Source of the DNA: a virus | DNA length: 64,000 nucleotides | Virus record (IMG/VR): IMGVR_UViG_3300023296_001674 | Direction: 5' to 3' (one strand) | In this document: positions 40,806 to 50,228 of the stretch, piece after piece | How positions within the stretch are numbered: position 1 is the first letter of the stretch | How the letters are laid out: every line of letters begins with the position of its first letter | Translations under genes and position numbers: made by a program | The notes under the pieces: model-generated | Seen by the model: the letters and a program-made list of their open reading frames with translations, nothing else | Told to the model about the DNA's origin: nothing | Databases searched by the model: none

Positions 40806-41666
40806 ATGTCACCACAACCAAAATATAATCACTTAAAAGAAATGTCAAGCCGTGGCATTGATAGAAAGCAACAAAAACAAAAAAACTATGCAAACCATAG
40901 AGATATTCTACCAACACCGCCGCAGAAAAATGCATTAAAAAGTTTATTTGTGGAAGAAATGAAATTTTATAACAATTTCATTAAATTAATGCAACCGAGA
41001 TTAAAGACATCACCATCATTTTATGAAAATATAGGTGAAAGACAAAAATTGTTATTTGTTAAATTGGCGCAGATTGGTTTTAATGTGCGAGATATAACAA
41101 ATAGAAAAAGCAAAAACGTTGTATTACCTAAATCATTAGAACAATATCGCGATATATTATTTGGTATAACCGGTGATAAAGAAGTGGGATTAAATGAAAC
41201 ACTTGCGGTATTCTACGAAATATGTAAACATCGGGCCATTGTGTTATCAGACACCCGAAAAAATATGGCATATGAATTTTTAAATTTTTATATCAAACAA
41301 ACTAGATCGCATGATAATATGTACACACTTGAAGAAGTTGATAAAATGCAAAAACGGCATATACAATTAGCTAAATCGCAAGTAACGATGTCATTGGTTC
41401 GTACCGCAACTGAATTCGGAGATGAAACTCACACTGAGATAAAAATCCCACAGTTGAAAACACCATTGATCATGGATGCAGATTATAATGACTTACAATC
41501 ATGGAATATCATGATTATACATAAAGACCCATCGCAACTCGATTTAGGAAATACAAACCTTAATTGGGAAGTTGATTTTAGACAAACAGAAGACAAATAC
41601 TTACTCAAATACGTAGAAACGCCTAACCCAATTGCTAAGATGAATAGCAGATTTATAAAGAAATAA
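40806..41666 (+). CDS. Putative TnpB-derived protein retaining REC/WED-like regions and lacking RuvC
   Basis: ILPTPPQKNALKSLF...KFYN resembles the IS605 OrfB HTH; IKIPQL and WNIMIIHK...WEVDF resemble WED strands; the ORF ends before any RuvC motif. Confidence 0.45.
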   Translation: MSPQPKYNHLKEMSSRGIDRKQQKQKNYANHRDILPTPPQKNALKSLFVEEMKFYNNFIKLMQPRLKTSPSFYENIGERQKLLFVKLAQIGFNVRDITNRKSKNVVLPKSLEQYRDILFGITGDKEVGLNETLAVFYEICKHRAIVLSDTRKNMAYEFLNFYIKQTRSHDNMYTLEEVDKMQKRHIQLAKSQVTMSLVRTATEFGDETHTEIKIPQLKTPLIMDADYNDLQSWNIMIIHKDPSQLDLGNTNLNWEVDFRQTEDKYLLKYVETPNPIAKMNSRFIKK

Positions 41667-41759
41667 TTAACTAACACATATACAAATACATATACAAACA
41701 TCATAGATGAACAATAATCTAATACATATACTAACACAGAACCCTTACACATACATGCT

Positions 41760-42405
41760 ATAATAAACTACCGACGGGATATAGACCGTGGTTATGAATC
41801 CTGATGTATGAGGATGATCTGGAATAGAATGACTGATGGTGATGATAATCAAGACGCCATGATGTGTTATGAAGCAATGAAACGCACGCACTCTCCCAAT
41901 GGAGCAGCTACCAGCCAGAATAAACAAAGAGGGGCTTTGACTGATGGTTAAAGTAGAACAAGAAGGATGCGCTGTCTGAGCTATTGACATCATCCAGCTT
42001 ATATCAATACGTTCAGGTCATTTATCGGCGTGATATAAGTACCGAATCCAACAGGACTATGGGAACTAAAGATGGTAAAGGGATTCCGCCATGCGCTTTA
42101 TGCGTTTCCAGTGAATGACTAGAAGCTCACTTATACTATGTGCAAACAACTTATAAATGATTAGACTAAATCCTTCCATTATAACTCTTTTCTAAGTGTT
42201 ATAAAGGGGGGATAAAAGTCTAATTAACAGTGCAATATAAGAATTGAACTACGTTCAACTAAGTGTAACATAGCTTATTATTGTAGACCTATCATAATAT
42301 ACCATAATAATGATAAGAACATAATGTTAAAGATGTAAAGGCTTTATGAATGAACGTAGTGAAATGAATAAAGACGAACATCAGAAAGACGTAGTCTTTC
42401 TCTAA
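41760..42405 (+). ncRNA. Putative large structured non-coding RNA (alternatively an origin)
   Basis: No credible ORF; several long stems, with G-U wobbles compatible only with the + strand (42060-42110, 42158-42226). Confidence 0.55.
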
Positions 42406-42416
42406 ACATAAGTAAA

Positions 42417-42635
42417 TTATATTATAGGAAGTCCTGTCTTTTCTGTTGTCTCAATATTACTTTTTATTTTCTTGGTAATTGTTTCTCTGTGTGATGCGGT
42501 AAGTCGCCATGCTTGATCCCATGATATCGATCCTCTCATGTACCAACATATGTCCGTCACTTCTTTTTCTAAGGCTCTTGCTTCAAATGAAAGATCGATC
42601 ATAAAATCGCGTATTTCATCTGGAGACGAATTCAA
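42417..42635 (-). CDS. Tail/baseplate assembly chaperone C-terminal segment, probably made by -1 frameshift
   Basis: WYMRGSISWDQAW motif; only a weak TTG start; in the -1 frame of the upstream gene. Confidence 0.65.
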   Translation of the reverse strand: MNSSPDEIRDFMIDLSFEARALEKEVTDICWYMRGSISWDQAWRLTASHRETITKKIKSNIETTEKTGLPII

Positions 42636-43480
42636 GAGCTTTGTTCGAAAAAATGCGATGGATCGAAGTTAACTGATGTTTTCCATTCATGTTGACAATT
42701 ATCACAATCAATTTCCATTTCTTTTGGAATGCCTACTTCATTAAGTTTTTTGATGGCTTCTTCTATTTGTTTTGTATCGTTTCTACTTGTTTTACTTAAA
42801 AACTCGCTTATGAAATCTTGATTGTCTGTAACTAACTTGCCTTCTCTATGAACACTGGTAATACTCAATGATAGCAATTCCATTGTTAAATCTACTGCTT
42901 TTTTATAACTACCTGCTGCTTTTGCTGCTTTTTCTTCATCGGATAAATCTTCAGACATTAACATTTGTAAGAATTTTCCTTCATTAAATGCCAATAATGC
43001 AGCCTTAACAGATGATGTATAAGTATATGGTTTTATTTTTATAACTAAACCATTTTCTAATTTAACTTGTGCATTCGGTTCTAATTTGTCTGCATTAGAT
43101 AGCAACCATGAAATATCTAAACCGAATTCTTTTTCTGTTTGACATTCTGGACATTCTGATGAGTAATCAATTTGGATGCCATAAGTGGCTTGTCGTATAG
43201 CCAATAATAATACTTCAATGTCATTCATTGGTAAATCTCGAACATTTGTAATACCGGGTGCGCAACTTTGTATAACTCTTGCGACTGATTCACCGTTAAG
43301 TAATGCATCAGGGCTTTTAAATAATAATTCATCTGCCGTAGTCATTGGATATACTTCTATTTCGCCATCTACCGATGTGATGATATCACCCTTTTCGCTA
43401 TAAAAACCACATGATGGCAGGGGTACATATATAGGAGTTCCTCTAAAAAATTCAGATAGTGGATTTTGTTCATTAACCAT
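42632..43480 (-). CDS. gp26: Baseplate hub assembly/tail chaperone (gp26-like)
   Basis: LPS.G, PMTTADELL, LAIR.ATYG, CPEC...CDNC, C-terminal HFF. Confidence 0.75.
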   Translation of the reverse strand: MVNEQNPLSEFFRGTPIYVPLPSCGFYSEKGDIITSVDGEIEVYPMTTADELLFKSPDALLNGESVARVIQSCAPGITNVRDLPMNDIEVLLLAIRQATYGIQIDYSSECPECQTEKEFGLDISWLLSNADKLEPNAQVKLENGLVIKIKPYTYTSSVKAALLAFNEGKFLQMLMSEDLSDEEKAAKAAGSYKKAVDLTMELLSLSITSVHREGKLVTDNQDFISEFLSKTSRNDTKQIEEAIKKLNEVGIPKEMEIDCDNCQHEWKTSVNFDPSHFFEQSS

Positions 43481-43548
43481 GGATTTTATTCCTCAAATAA
43501 ATAATAATGTAATAGTTTTGGGATTTAGTCAAAATACTTAACCAAAAC

Positions 43549-43568
43549 TATTTATATAACTATTTATA
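43549..43568 (-). promoter_or_regulatory. Two T4-type late promoter boxes
   Basis: TATTTATA at 43549 and 43561 (TATAAATA on the minus strand) upstream of the gp26-like gene. Confidence 0.65.
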
Positions 43569-43582
43569 ACAGGTTTTAACAC

Positions 43583-46117
43583 ATGGCAACAGATAATCCA
43601 TTATTAGGCGGCGGCGATGATTCTTTTAACGATTGGGCTTCAGAAACTACTCAAAAAGAATTAAAAAAAATTCTTGAAGGTAAACTTAAAAATTACGACG
43701 CTAAGAAAATTGAAGAGTTATTAAAGAAGATCGAACTGAATACTCGTGCACTTAAAGGTAAAGGCGCGAGTGGTACTGGTGGTGCTAGTGGAATTGATTT
43801 CACTAAGGTAGTTAAGAATATAAATTTATCAGGCGGTTCTAGTGCTTCGGGTGGTGCTGGTCCATCTATTGCTAAAATAGTAGAAGATGCTACCAATTCT
43901 CCTTCACGAACAGGTGGTGCTGGCGGTGGCGGTGGCCCAATTATAAACAATGATGAAATAAAAAACGCAAAAGAAGAAGAAACTGAAGCAGTTAAAAAAT
44001 CTACTGGAGGTTTTTGGGATTTATCCAAATCTGTAAGTGCGTCCACAATAGGATTGATTAGTTTTACTGCTGTAGCCGGTGCATTGGGTGCATATATAGG
44101 AAACTCAATTGATGGTTATAGAGAACTTATTAATGCAGGTAGCAATTTTAATAGTTCATTGTTAGAAATGAGAAAAGCATCAGCAGATGCTGGCATGGGG
44201 TTTGACACTTTTGTTAAGGTATTAACAAAAAACAGTCAAGTTGTTAAAATGGTTGGCACAGGAGAATTTTTATCATTACAAAAAAGAATTCGACGCGTGG
44301 GTGATGATTTTGGGCAGTTTGGATTAACAGTTGAAGGAACCAGTGATTTTCTATCTGATTACTTAGAAACAAATATTCGTTTGGGTAATAGGCAGAAAAT
44401 AGATGAGACGTCAAGGGCGATAGGGTTTAGATCATATATGAATGAATTGACATCATTATCGAAAGCTACTGGTATACAACGTGAAGAATTGGCTAAAAAT
44501 GCCAAAGGTGTTGCAGATAACTCTAATATTCGCACAGCGATGAATAGAATGTCTAAATCAGAACGTGAAGAATTTAGTAAGACAATGGAAACTATGGGTT
44601 TAAAAATGGCAGCATTTGGTGATCCTATGAAAGAATTGATGGCTGATGCAGTTGGATCATTTATGTCTACTGGTAATATAGGTTTATCAGATTTGGGTAA
44701 AATCGCGGCAGTTGCCAGCGGTGAAACCGCCAATGCGATGACGTCTATGGTGAAAAGAATACAAGGTGGCGGCGATGATGCAAATTTGGCATTAGCAGAC
44801 TTAGCGAAATTAATGAGAGGAACCGATTTTCTTAATGCAGTAGGTGCAATGGAAGTGGCTAATAATTCAGCGGCTCTAGCAGTTAGTGCAGCCGCAGGAA
44901 AATGGATGCATAGTTCAGACACACAAGCTTCCGCTATACTTGACGCAACGCGAATGACGAGAGAACAAACTGATGCGATAGCAAGAAAAGAAGCCATCGA
45001 GTCGGCTGGTTCAAAGGCGCTATTAAACGTTCAATCCAATATGGGTAAAGCGTTTGGAACAATGCAATTTGCTATATTAAATGGTCTCACGCCTGCTATA
45101 ACAGGCGCTGGTGTTATATTTTCTGATATGATGGATGTTATCATGGGCGCATTTACTAAAGATCGAATGGATAGTATTGTATCAACGTTGGGTGATGCGT
45201 TTAAAACAGTTCAGAGTTGGGGTGATAAATTCGCATTATGGATAGGTGAAGGTGGTATTGAACGTAGTATTAAAAATATAATAGGATTTACGCAGTCTTT
45301 GGGTGAATCGATGATGTTTTTGGCTGATAATATAGATGTTATAATTGCTGGTACAGCCACTCTTGCGGTGATATTTGCTGGATTAAAGATAATCGGTATA
45401 GCTCTTGCACTCGGCGGCGCGGCGATAGCAGGCCCAGTGGCGCTAGTTGTTGGTGGTGTTATCGCGTTGGGTGGTGCTATTGCATTAGTGGTTGCATATT
45501 CAGAAGAATTAGGTGGATTTATTTCAAGATTTGGTGAGAATATGTGGAATAGTGTTAGACTTGGACTAACAACGTGGCCGATTGGTAGTTTATTAATGGA
45601 TTCGATTAATAGCATGTTTGATACTAATTTTGATTTTGGTGGATATGTAGAAAGTGTATTATATAAATTAACGGGTGGCATTTTTGGTAAAGACGCACCT
45701 AAGCCAGGATTTTCATTTGGCGATGATGTTGGTAGTGTCGCCGTTGGTGTTAATGATAATAAATCACCTGAAGATATAAAGAAAGATCGCGTAACTATAG
45801 CAAGAGAACGATCATTTAAAGAGATAAAAGCTATTCCTGATTTAAACCATAATCAATTATCAAGAGCAAGGCGCGGAACGAATTTATCTACTGATGATTT
45901 GAAGGCTGATATGGCTGATGATGGAGTACTTACACCACAAAATAGAAAAATAATAGAAGAGAAAGCTAATAGTGGTGAAAAGTATGCCAAGTTGTTATTA
46001 GAGCAAATGACTAGAGCGAATGATTTAGCAGAGCAAGCGCAACAAGCACGCGAAGAACAAATAAAACAGACAAAAAAACGTCAACCTAGCTTTGGAATGG
46101 CTAGTTCTGGAACATAA
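43583..46117 (+). CDS. Tape measure-like protein
   Basis: 844 aa, Ala/Gly-rich and helical with hydrophobic segments; next to the tail chaperone. Confidence 0.7.
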   Translation: MATDNPLLGGGDDSFNDWASETTQKELKKILEGKLKNYDAKKIEELLKKIELNTRALKGKGASGTGGASGIDFTKVVKNINLSGGSSASGGAGPSIAKIVEDATNSPSRTGGAGGGGGPIINNDEIKNAKEEETEAVKKSTGGFWDLSKSVSASTIGLISFTAVAGALGAYIGNSIDGYRELINAGSNFNSSLLEMRKASADAGMGFDTFVKVLTKNSQVVKMVGTGEFLSLQKRIRRVGDDFGQFGLTVEGTSDFLSDYLETNIRLGNRQKIDETSRAIGFRSYMNELTSLSKATGIQREELAKNAKGVADNSNIRTAMNRMSKSEREEFSKTMETMGLKMAAFGDPMKELMADAVGSFMSTGNIGLSDLGKIAAVASGETANAMTSMVKRIQGGGDDANLALADLAKLMRGTDFLNAVGAMEVANNSAALAVSAAAGKWMHSSDTQASAILDATRMTREQTDAIARKEAIESAGSKALLNVQSNMGKAFGTMQFAILNGLTPAITGAGVIFSDMMDVIMGAFTKDRMDSIVSTLGDAFKTVQSWGDKFALWIGEGGIERSIKNIIGFTQSLGESMMFLADNIDVIIAGTATLAVIFAGLKIIGIALALGGAAIAGPVALVVGGVIALGGAIALVVAYSEELGGFISRFGENMWNSVRLGLTTWPIGSLLMDSINSMFDTNFDFGGYVESVLYKLTGGIFGKDAPKPGFSFGDDVGSVAVGVNDNKSPEDIKKDRVTIARERSFKEIKAIPDLNHNQLSRARRGTNLSTDDLKADMADDGVLTPQNRKIIEEKANSGEKYAKLLLEQMTRANDLAEQAQQAREEQIKQTKKRQPSFGMASSGT

Positions 46118-46207
46118 CAAGACTAAATAGTATTGTTACTATGTTGGTTATATCACAAAGTATATACAGATCGTAATAAATAACTTAAATCATTATAAGG
46201 AATATCT

Positions 46208-47971
46208 ATGTCCTGGACAAAACATTTTCAGTCGTCGTCGACCCGAAATCGTCAAAAGTTGGCGTCTCGTTTTATTGACGACCCTATAACATCAGCAAGC
46301 CCTAATTCATTTTCAAACAGATTCACAAGTTGGCTACCAGAAGTATATTCTGGTCAACCTAACCGTATTGAGAGATATTCACAATATGATAACATGGATT
46401 TAGATACTGAAATAAACATGGCGCTTGATACTATTGCTGATTCCATGTCAGAAATTAACGAAGATACCAACACGCCATTTAAATTTACATGGAACGCAGG
46501 AATAACTGAAGAAGATACTGATATGCTTCAACAAATGTTGAGGCAGTGGACACAAGTTAACGATTTAGATAAACGTATGTGGAAGATGATTCGTAGTATT
46601 TTAAAATATGGCGATCAATTTTTCATTCGTGACCCTGATACATATAAATTGTATTGGGTTTCACCAGATAAAATAGACAGTGTTGTGGTTGACGAATCTA
46701 AAGGTAAGAAACCAGAACAATATATTATAAGAGACTTAGATGCTAACTTACAAACATTAGTAGCATCTGGAAATCAAAAGAAACCATCTGACCAACGTGG
46801 TTATAGTTCAGGCCCAATGGCTAGTGGACAGCAAGGTGGTGCTTTAAATACAGCAGGAAGACAACCCGGTGCTAGATTCCAACAGGGAACTGGTGGGGCA
46901 CAAACTGGTGCGGGTGCTGGATTGGCATATTATGTTGATGCAGATAATGTTATCCATATGTCATTATCAGAAGGAATGGATAATATCTGGCCTTTCGGTA
47001 TTTCTATATTAGAAAACGTATTTAAAGTATATAAACAAATGGAACTCATCGAAGACGCGGTTATTATATATCGTGTTCAACGTGCTCCAGAACGACGAGT
47101 ATTTTATGTTGATACAGGTAGACTTCCAAACCACAGGGCTATGGCATATCTTGAACGTATTAAAAACGAAATCCAGCAGAAAAGAATCCCTAGCAGAACC
47201 GGCGGTCAACAAAATGTGTTAGATGCCACGTATAACCCAATGTCTATGCTAGAAGATTACTTTTTCGCTCAAAACGCGGATGGTAAAGGTTCCAGAGTTG
47301 AAACTTTACCAGGAGGTGATCAACTAGGTCAGATTGATGATATGAAGTATTTCCATCATAAAATCCGTACCGGTCTTCGAGTTCCTCGTTCTTATATGCC
47401 AGATTTTGATGATGGTGGTGGCGCTATCTTTAATGATGGGCGAGTAGGAACGGCGTATATCGAAGAGTTACGATTCACCAAATATTGTGTAAGATTGCAA
47501 AACATGATGGCAACTCACTTTGATAGAGAGTTTAAATTGTTTTGTAAACAGCGCGGTATCAACATACATGCGAATCTATTTCAATTAACTTTGAATGAAC
47601 CACAGAACTTTAGTAAGTATCGCCAAACAGAAGTTGATGGTGCGGTATTAAGTGTTTACAGCCAAGTTGCTGATATTAAACATATATCGAAATCATATGG
47701 TTTGATTAAGTATGCTGGGTGGACAATGGAAGATGTTCTTGAGAATGAAAAATGGTGGGCTATTGAAAATGCTGACAAGATAGAAGCAGGTGAAGTTGCA
47801 GCCTCTGGTGATGAAGATATGTCATTCAGTGATACTGGTGCTACATCTGATGGTATGGATGCAGATGCAGGTGGCGAAATCGATTTAGATGGCGGTAATG
47901 ATGATGGTGATGGCTCTGCAAGTGCGATAAGTGGTGATGAAGGCGGTGATGGTGGCGATCTTGAGTTATAA
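46208..47971 (+). CDS. gp20: Portal protein
   Basis: EDAVIIYRVQRAPERRVFYVDTG.LP, EDYFF, VETLPGG. Confidence 0.95.
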   Translation: MSWTKHFQSSSTRNRQKLASRFIDDPITSASPNSFSNRFTSWLPEVYSGQPNRIERYSQYDNMDLDTEINMALDTIADSMSEINEDTNTPFKFTWNAGITEEDTDMLQQMLRQWTQVNDLDKRMWKMIRSILKYGDQFFIRDPDTYKLYWVSPDKIDSVVVDESKGKKPEQYIIRDLDANLQTLVASGNQKKPSDQRGYSSGPMASGQQGGALNTAGRQPGARFQQGTGGAQTGAGAGLAYYVDADNVIHMSLSEGMDNIWPFGISILENVFKVYKQMELIEDAVIIYRVQRAPERRVFYVDTGRLPNHRAMAYLERIKNEIQQKRIPSRTGGQQNVLDATYNPMSMLEDYFFAQNADGKGSRVETLPGGDQLGQIDDMKYFHHKIRTGLRVPRSYMPDFDDGGGAIFNDGRVGTAYIEELRFTKYCVRLQNMMATHFDREFKLFCKQRGINIHANLFQLTLNEPQNFSKYRQTEVDGAVLSVYSQVADIKHISKSYGLIKYAGWTMEDVLENEKWWAIENADKIEAGEVAASGDEDMSFSDTGATSDGMDADAGGEIDLDGGNDDGDGSASAISGDEGGDGGDLEL

Positions 47972-47979
47972 TATAAATA
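47972..47979 (+). promoter_or_regulatory. T4-type late promoter
   Basis: TATAAATA. Confidence 0.65.
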
Positions 47980-48000
47980 ATAAGAAAGGGGATTGATGTT

Positions 48001-48273
48001 ATGAAATTATCTGAGTTTGTACCAAAAGAGATTATGTTAGAGTTTGAAGATTTTTCTGATCTTGCATCATTGACGTTGAATAATCCAGAACAAGATGATT
48101 TAAGTAAACAGAATAATAGCAATCGTTATGATAAATCAAGAAAACCTCTTATAAGTTTACGACATATACATAAATTAAAGTTAATACAAGCAGCCAAGCA
48201 AATAGAAATGGAAGAACGGAAGAAGTTGATGGGACTGATGTATTCAGTGCCAAATGATGAAGAATCTGTTTAA
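48001..48273 (+). CDS. Small conserved head-module protein
   Basis: RKPLISLRHIHKLK; between portal and prohead genes. Confidence 0.7.
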   Translation: MKLSEFVPKEIMLEFEDFSDLASLTLNNPEQDDLSKQNNSNRYDKSRKPLISLRHIHKLKLIQAAKQIEMEERKKLMGLMYSVPNDEESV

Positions 48274-48298
48274 AATCAATCAAAATATATAAAATGTT

Positions 48299-48328
48299 AA
48301 AAAAAGGGTGTTAAATCACTCTTTTTTT
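48299..48328 (+). terminator. Rho-independent terminator
   Basis: AAAAGGGTG-loop-CACTCTTTTTTT. Confidence 0.6.
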
Positions 48329-48337
48329 ATTTGTCTG

Positions 48338-48345
48338 TATAAATA
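48338..48345 (+). promoter_or_regulatory. T4-type late promoter for the head operon
   Basis: TATAAATA. Confidence 0.75.
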
Positions 48346-48398
48346 ATTGTGATTAAAGGATTAATAGTTCTTACCTTTCTCGTTAGGCTGAGAAATCA

Positions 48399-49544
48399 AT
48401 GGAGATTATTCGAATGACAAACAGAACACATTTAGAAGAAGCTTTAGAATTTTTGATTAATGAAGAAGGCGAGCAGGCAACTGCTAGTTTTCATAAATTC
48501 ATCATCGGAAGTGCTAAAACAATTCATGAATCTTTAATGGCAGAAGATGCTATTGATGATGATATCACTGAAGGCGACGAGAAAGTTGAAGAAACTAAAG
48601 ACGAAGAAGTAACCGAAGCTAAAGATGAAGAAGTTACTGAAGAAGCTGAAACTGATACCGACGACAAAGTTGAAGAAGGTATGAATGAATATTTCAGTGG
48701 TGGTGATTTAGGTGAAGCAGGCGACGAAGTTGCACCTGATATGGAACTTGATGCTGCTCCAGAAATGGACGAAACAGTAACTGTTCCTTTATCCGATCTT
48801 GAAGAATTAAAAGCAAAATTTGAAGAAATAACTGCTGCCGTTCCTGAATTGGCTGACGATGATCTTGGTGCTGAACTTGGTGCTGTTGATGACGTTGCTA
48901 CCGGTGACGAATTTGCCGCAGAATCTAACCCTTTTGCTGAAGGCGAAGAAAACAAAGAAGAAGCAGTTGAAGAAGCAGTATCGCATGGCGATGGTGTTCA
49001 AAGCACTGCTGGAACCGATGCTAACGGTGGTGGAACACATGGTAAAAATGCCAGTATTGCACACAATTCCGATGTTGGTAACAAAGATGATTCTAAATTA
49101 TCCGAAACAGCAGAATTCGACTTCGATTTAACTGAAGACGATTTTCTTGATCTTGAAGAAGGTTTAAAATCAGTAAGTGTTTCCATGGGTGGTGAACAAG
49201 GCGGCGTTAAGTATGCTGGCGAAGAAACCAACACGAAATCAACTGTTGCTGATAAAGACAAATCTGATGTAAAAGCTGATCCTAAAACAATGATATCAAA
49301 GCAAGATGAGCATGGCACATACAAACGTGAATCTGCACCTTCCAATGATAAACTTCCGCATAGTGGTGAAAACAATCACGATAAAGCCGAAGGAACACCG
49401 GGACGTAGTTCAGTTTCTGGACATGGTGGATTAGAAAGCAATAGTGGTAATGATGGTGGTGAACAGGGCGGCAAGAAGTTTGCTGGCAAAGAAACCAACA
49501 CAAAATCGATAATTGGTTCTGCTGGTAGCAGAAACGAAAAATAA
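48399..49544 (+). CDS. Acidic prohead core-like protein (likely start at 48414)
   Basis: Very D/E-rich with many (L/I/V)xE sites; directly upstream of the prohead protease. Confidence 0.65.
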   Translation: MEIIRMTNRTHLEEALEFLINEEGEQATASFHKFIIGSAKTIHESLMAEDAIDDDITEGDEKVEETKDEEVTEAKDEEVTEEAETDTDDKVEEGMNEYFSGGDLGEAGDEVAPDMELDAAPEMDETVTVPLSDLEELKAKFEEITAAVPELADDDLGAELGAVDDVATGDEFAAESNPFAEGEENKEEAVEEAVSHGDGVQSTAGTDANGGGTHGKNASIAHNSDVGNKDDSKLSETAEFDFDLTEDDFLDLEEGLKSVSVSMGGEQGGVKYAGEETNTKSTVADKDKSDVKADPKTMISKQDEHGTYKRESAPSNDKLPHSGENNHDKAEGTPGRSSVSGHGGLESNSGNDGGEQGGKKFAGKETNTKSIIGSAGSRNEK

Positions 49545-49559
49545 GGAAGACAAGTTAAA

Positions 49560-50216
49560 ATGGGAATACTAACAGAACAGATGTCAGGTAAGCAAGCACA
49601 ATGGGTTGCTGAATCTGTCGACGGGAAGAATGGTAAGAAAAACTTGTTTTTAACTGGATGTTTTATTCAGGGTGATATCAGAAACCAAAATGGAAGAATT
49701 TATTCCAAAGGCGAGATTACTGGTGCGGTTGGTTCTATAACAGAACAAATACTTAGCGGTGAAAGCGTTATTGGTGAATGCGATCACCCCGAAGAACTAA
49801 CAGTAGGATTAGACCGAGTGAGTCATATGATCACCGAAATGAAAATGGATGGTGCAGATGGTATAGGCAAGTTGAAAATCTTATCTACCCCATGTGGAAA
49901 TATAGTTCAAACACTCATCGAAGAAGGTGTTCGACTTGGTGTATCTTCCCGAGGTTCGGGAAATGTTGATGATAATGGTTATGTTTCGGATTTTGAAATT
50001 GTGACTGTTGACATTGTAGCGAAACCGTCCGCTCCGGGCGCTTATCCTGAAGCAATGTACGAAGGCATGCAATATGCTGCCGTGTATGAAGCTTTAGGTT
50101 ATAAGGCAAGGGGAAACAACATAGCAGACTTAGCAGATGCGGTTAACCATGATCGTGCCGCCCAGAAATACCTTAAGGAAGGTGTTATGGACTGGTTTGG
50201 TAACTTAAAATCTTAA
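49560..50216 (+). CDS. gp21: Prohead core protease
   Basis: NQNGRIY, GECDHP, VSH, GVSSRGSG, DIVAKPSAP.A. Confidence 0.95.
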   Translation: MGILTEQMSGKQAQWVAESVDGKNGKKNLFLTGCFIQGDIRNQNGRIYSKGEITGAVGSITEQILSGESVIGECDHPEELTVGLDRVSHMITEMKMDGADGIGKLKILSTPCGNIVQTLIEEGVRLGVSSRGSGNVDDNGYVSDFEIVTVDIVAKPSAPGAYPEAMYEGMQYAAVYEALGYKARGNNIADLADAVNHDRAAQKYLKEGVMDWFGNLKS

Positions 50217-50228
50217 GGAGATTAAACT

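Noticed and set aside
40806-41666. Active IS200/IS605 element or Cas12 nuclease
   Set aside because: No RuvC catalytic motifs, zinc finger, tnpA or CRISPR repeats seen
41483-41993. Minus-strand ORFs 41483-41752 and 41745-41993
   Set aside because: Low-complexity or atypical composition, no SD, antisense to a real gene and to the structured region
41776-42060. Group I intron (GATATAGACC and CAGGACTAT resemble the S and R elements)
   Set aside because: The elements are in the wrong order with a mismatch, and no interrupted gene flanks the region
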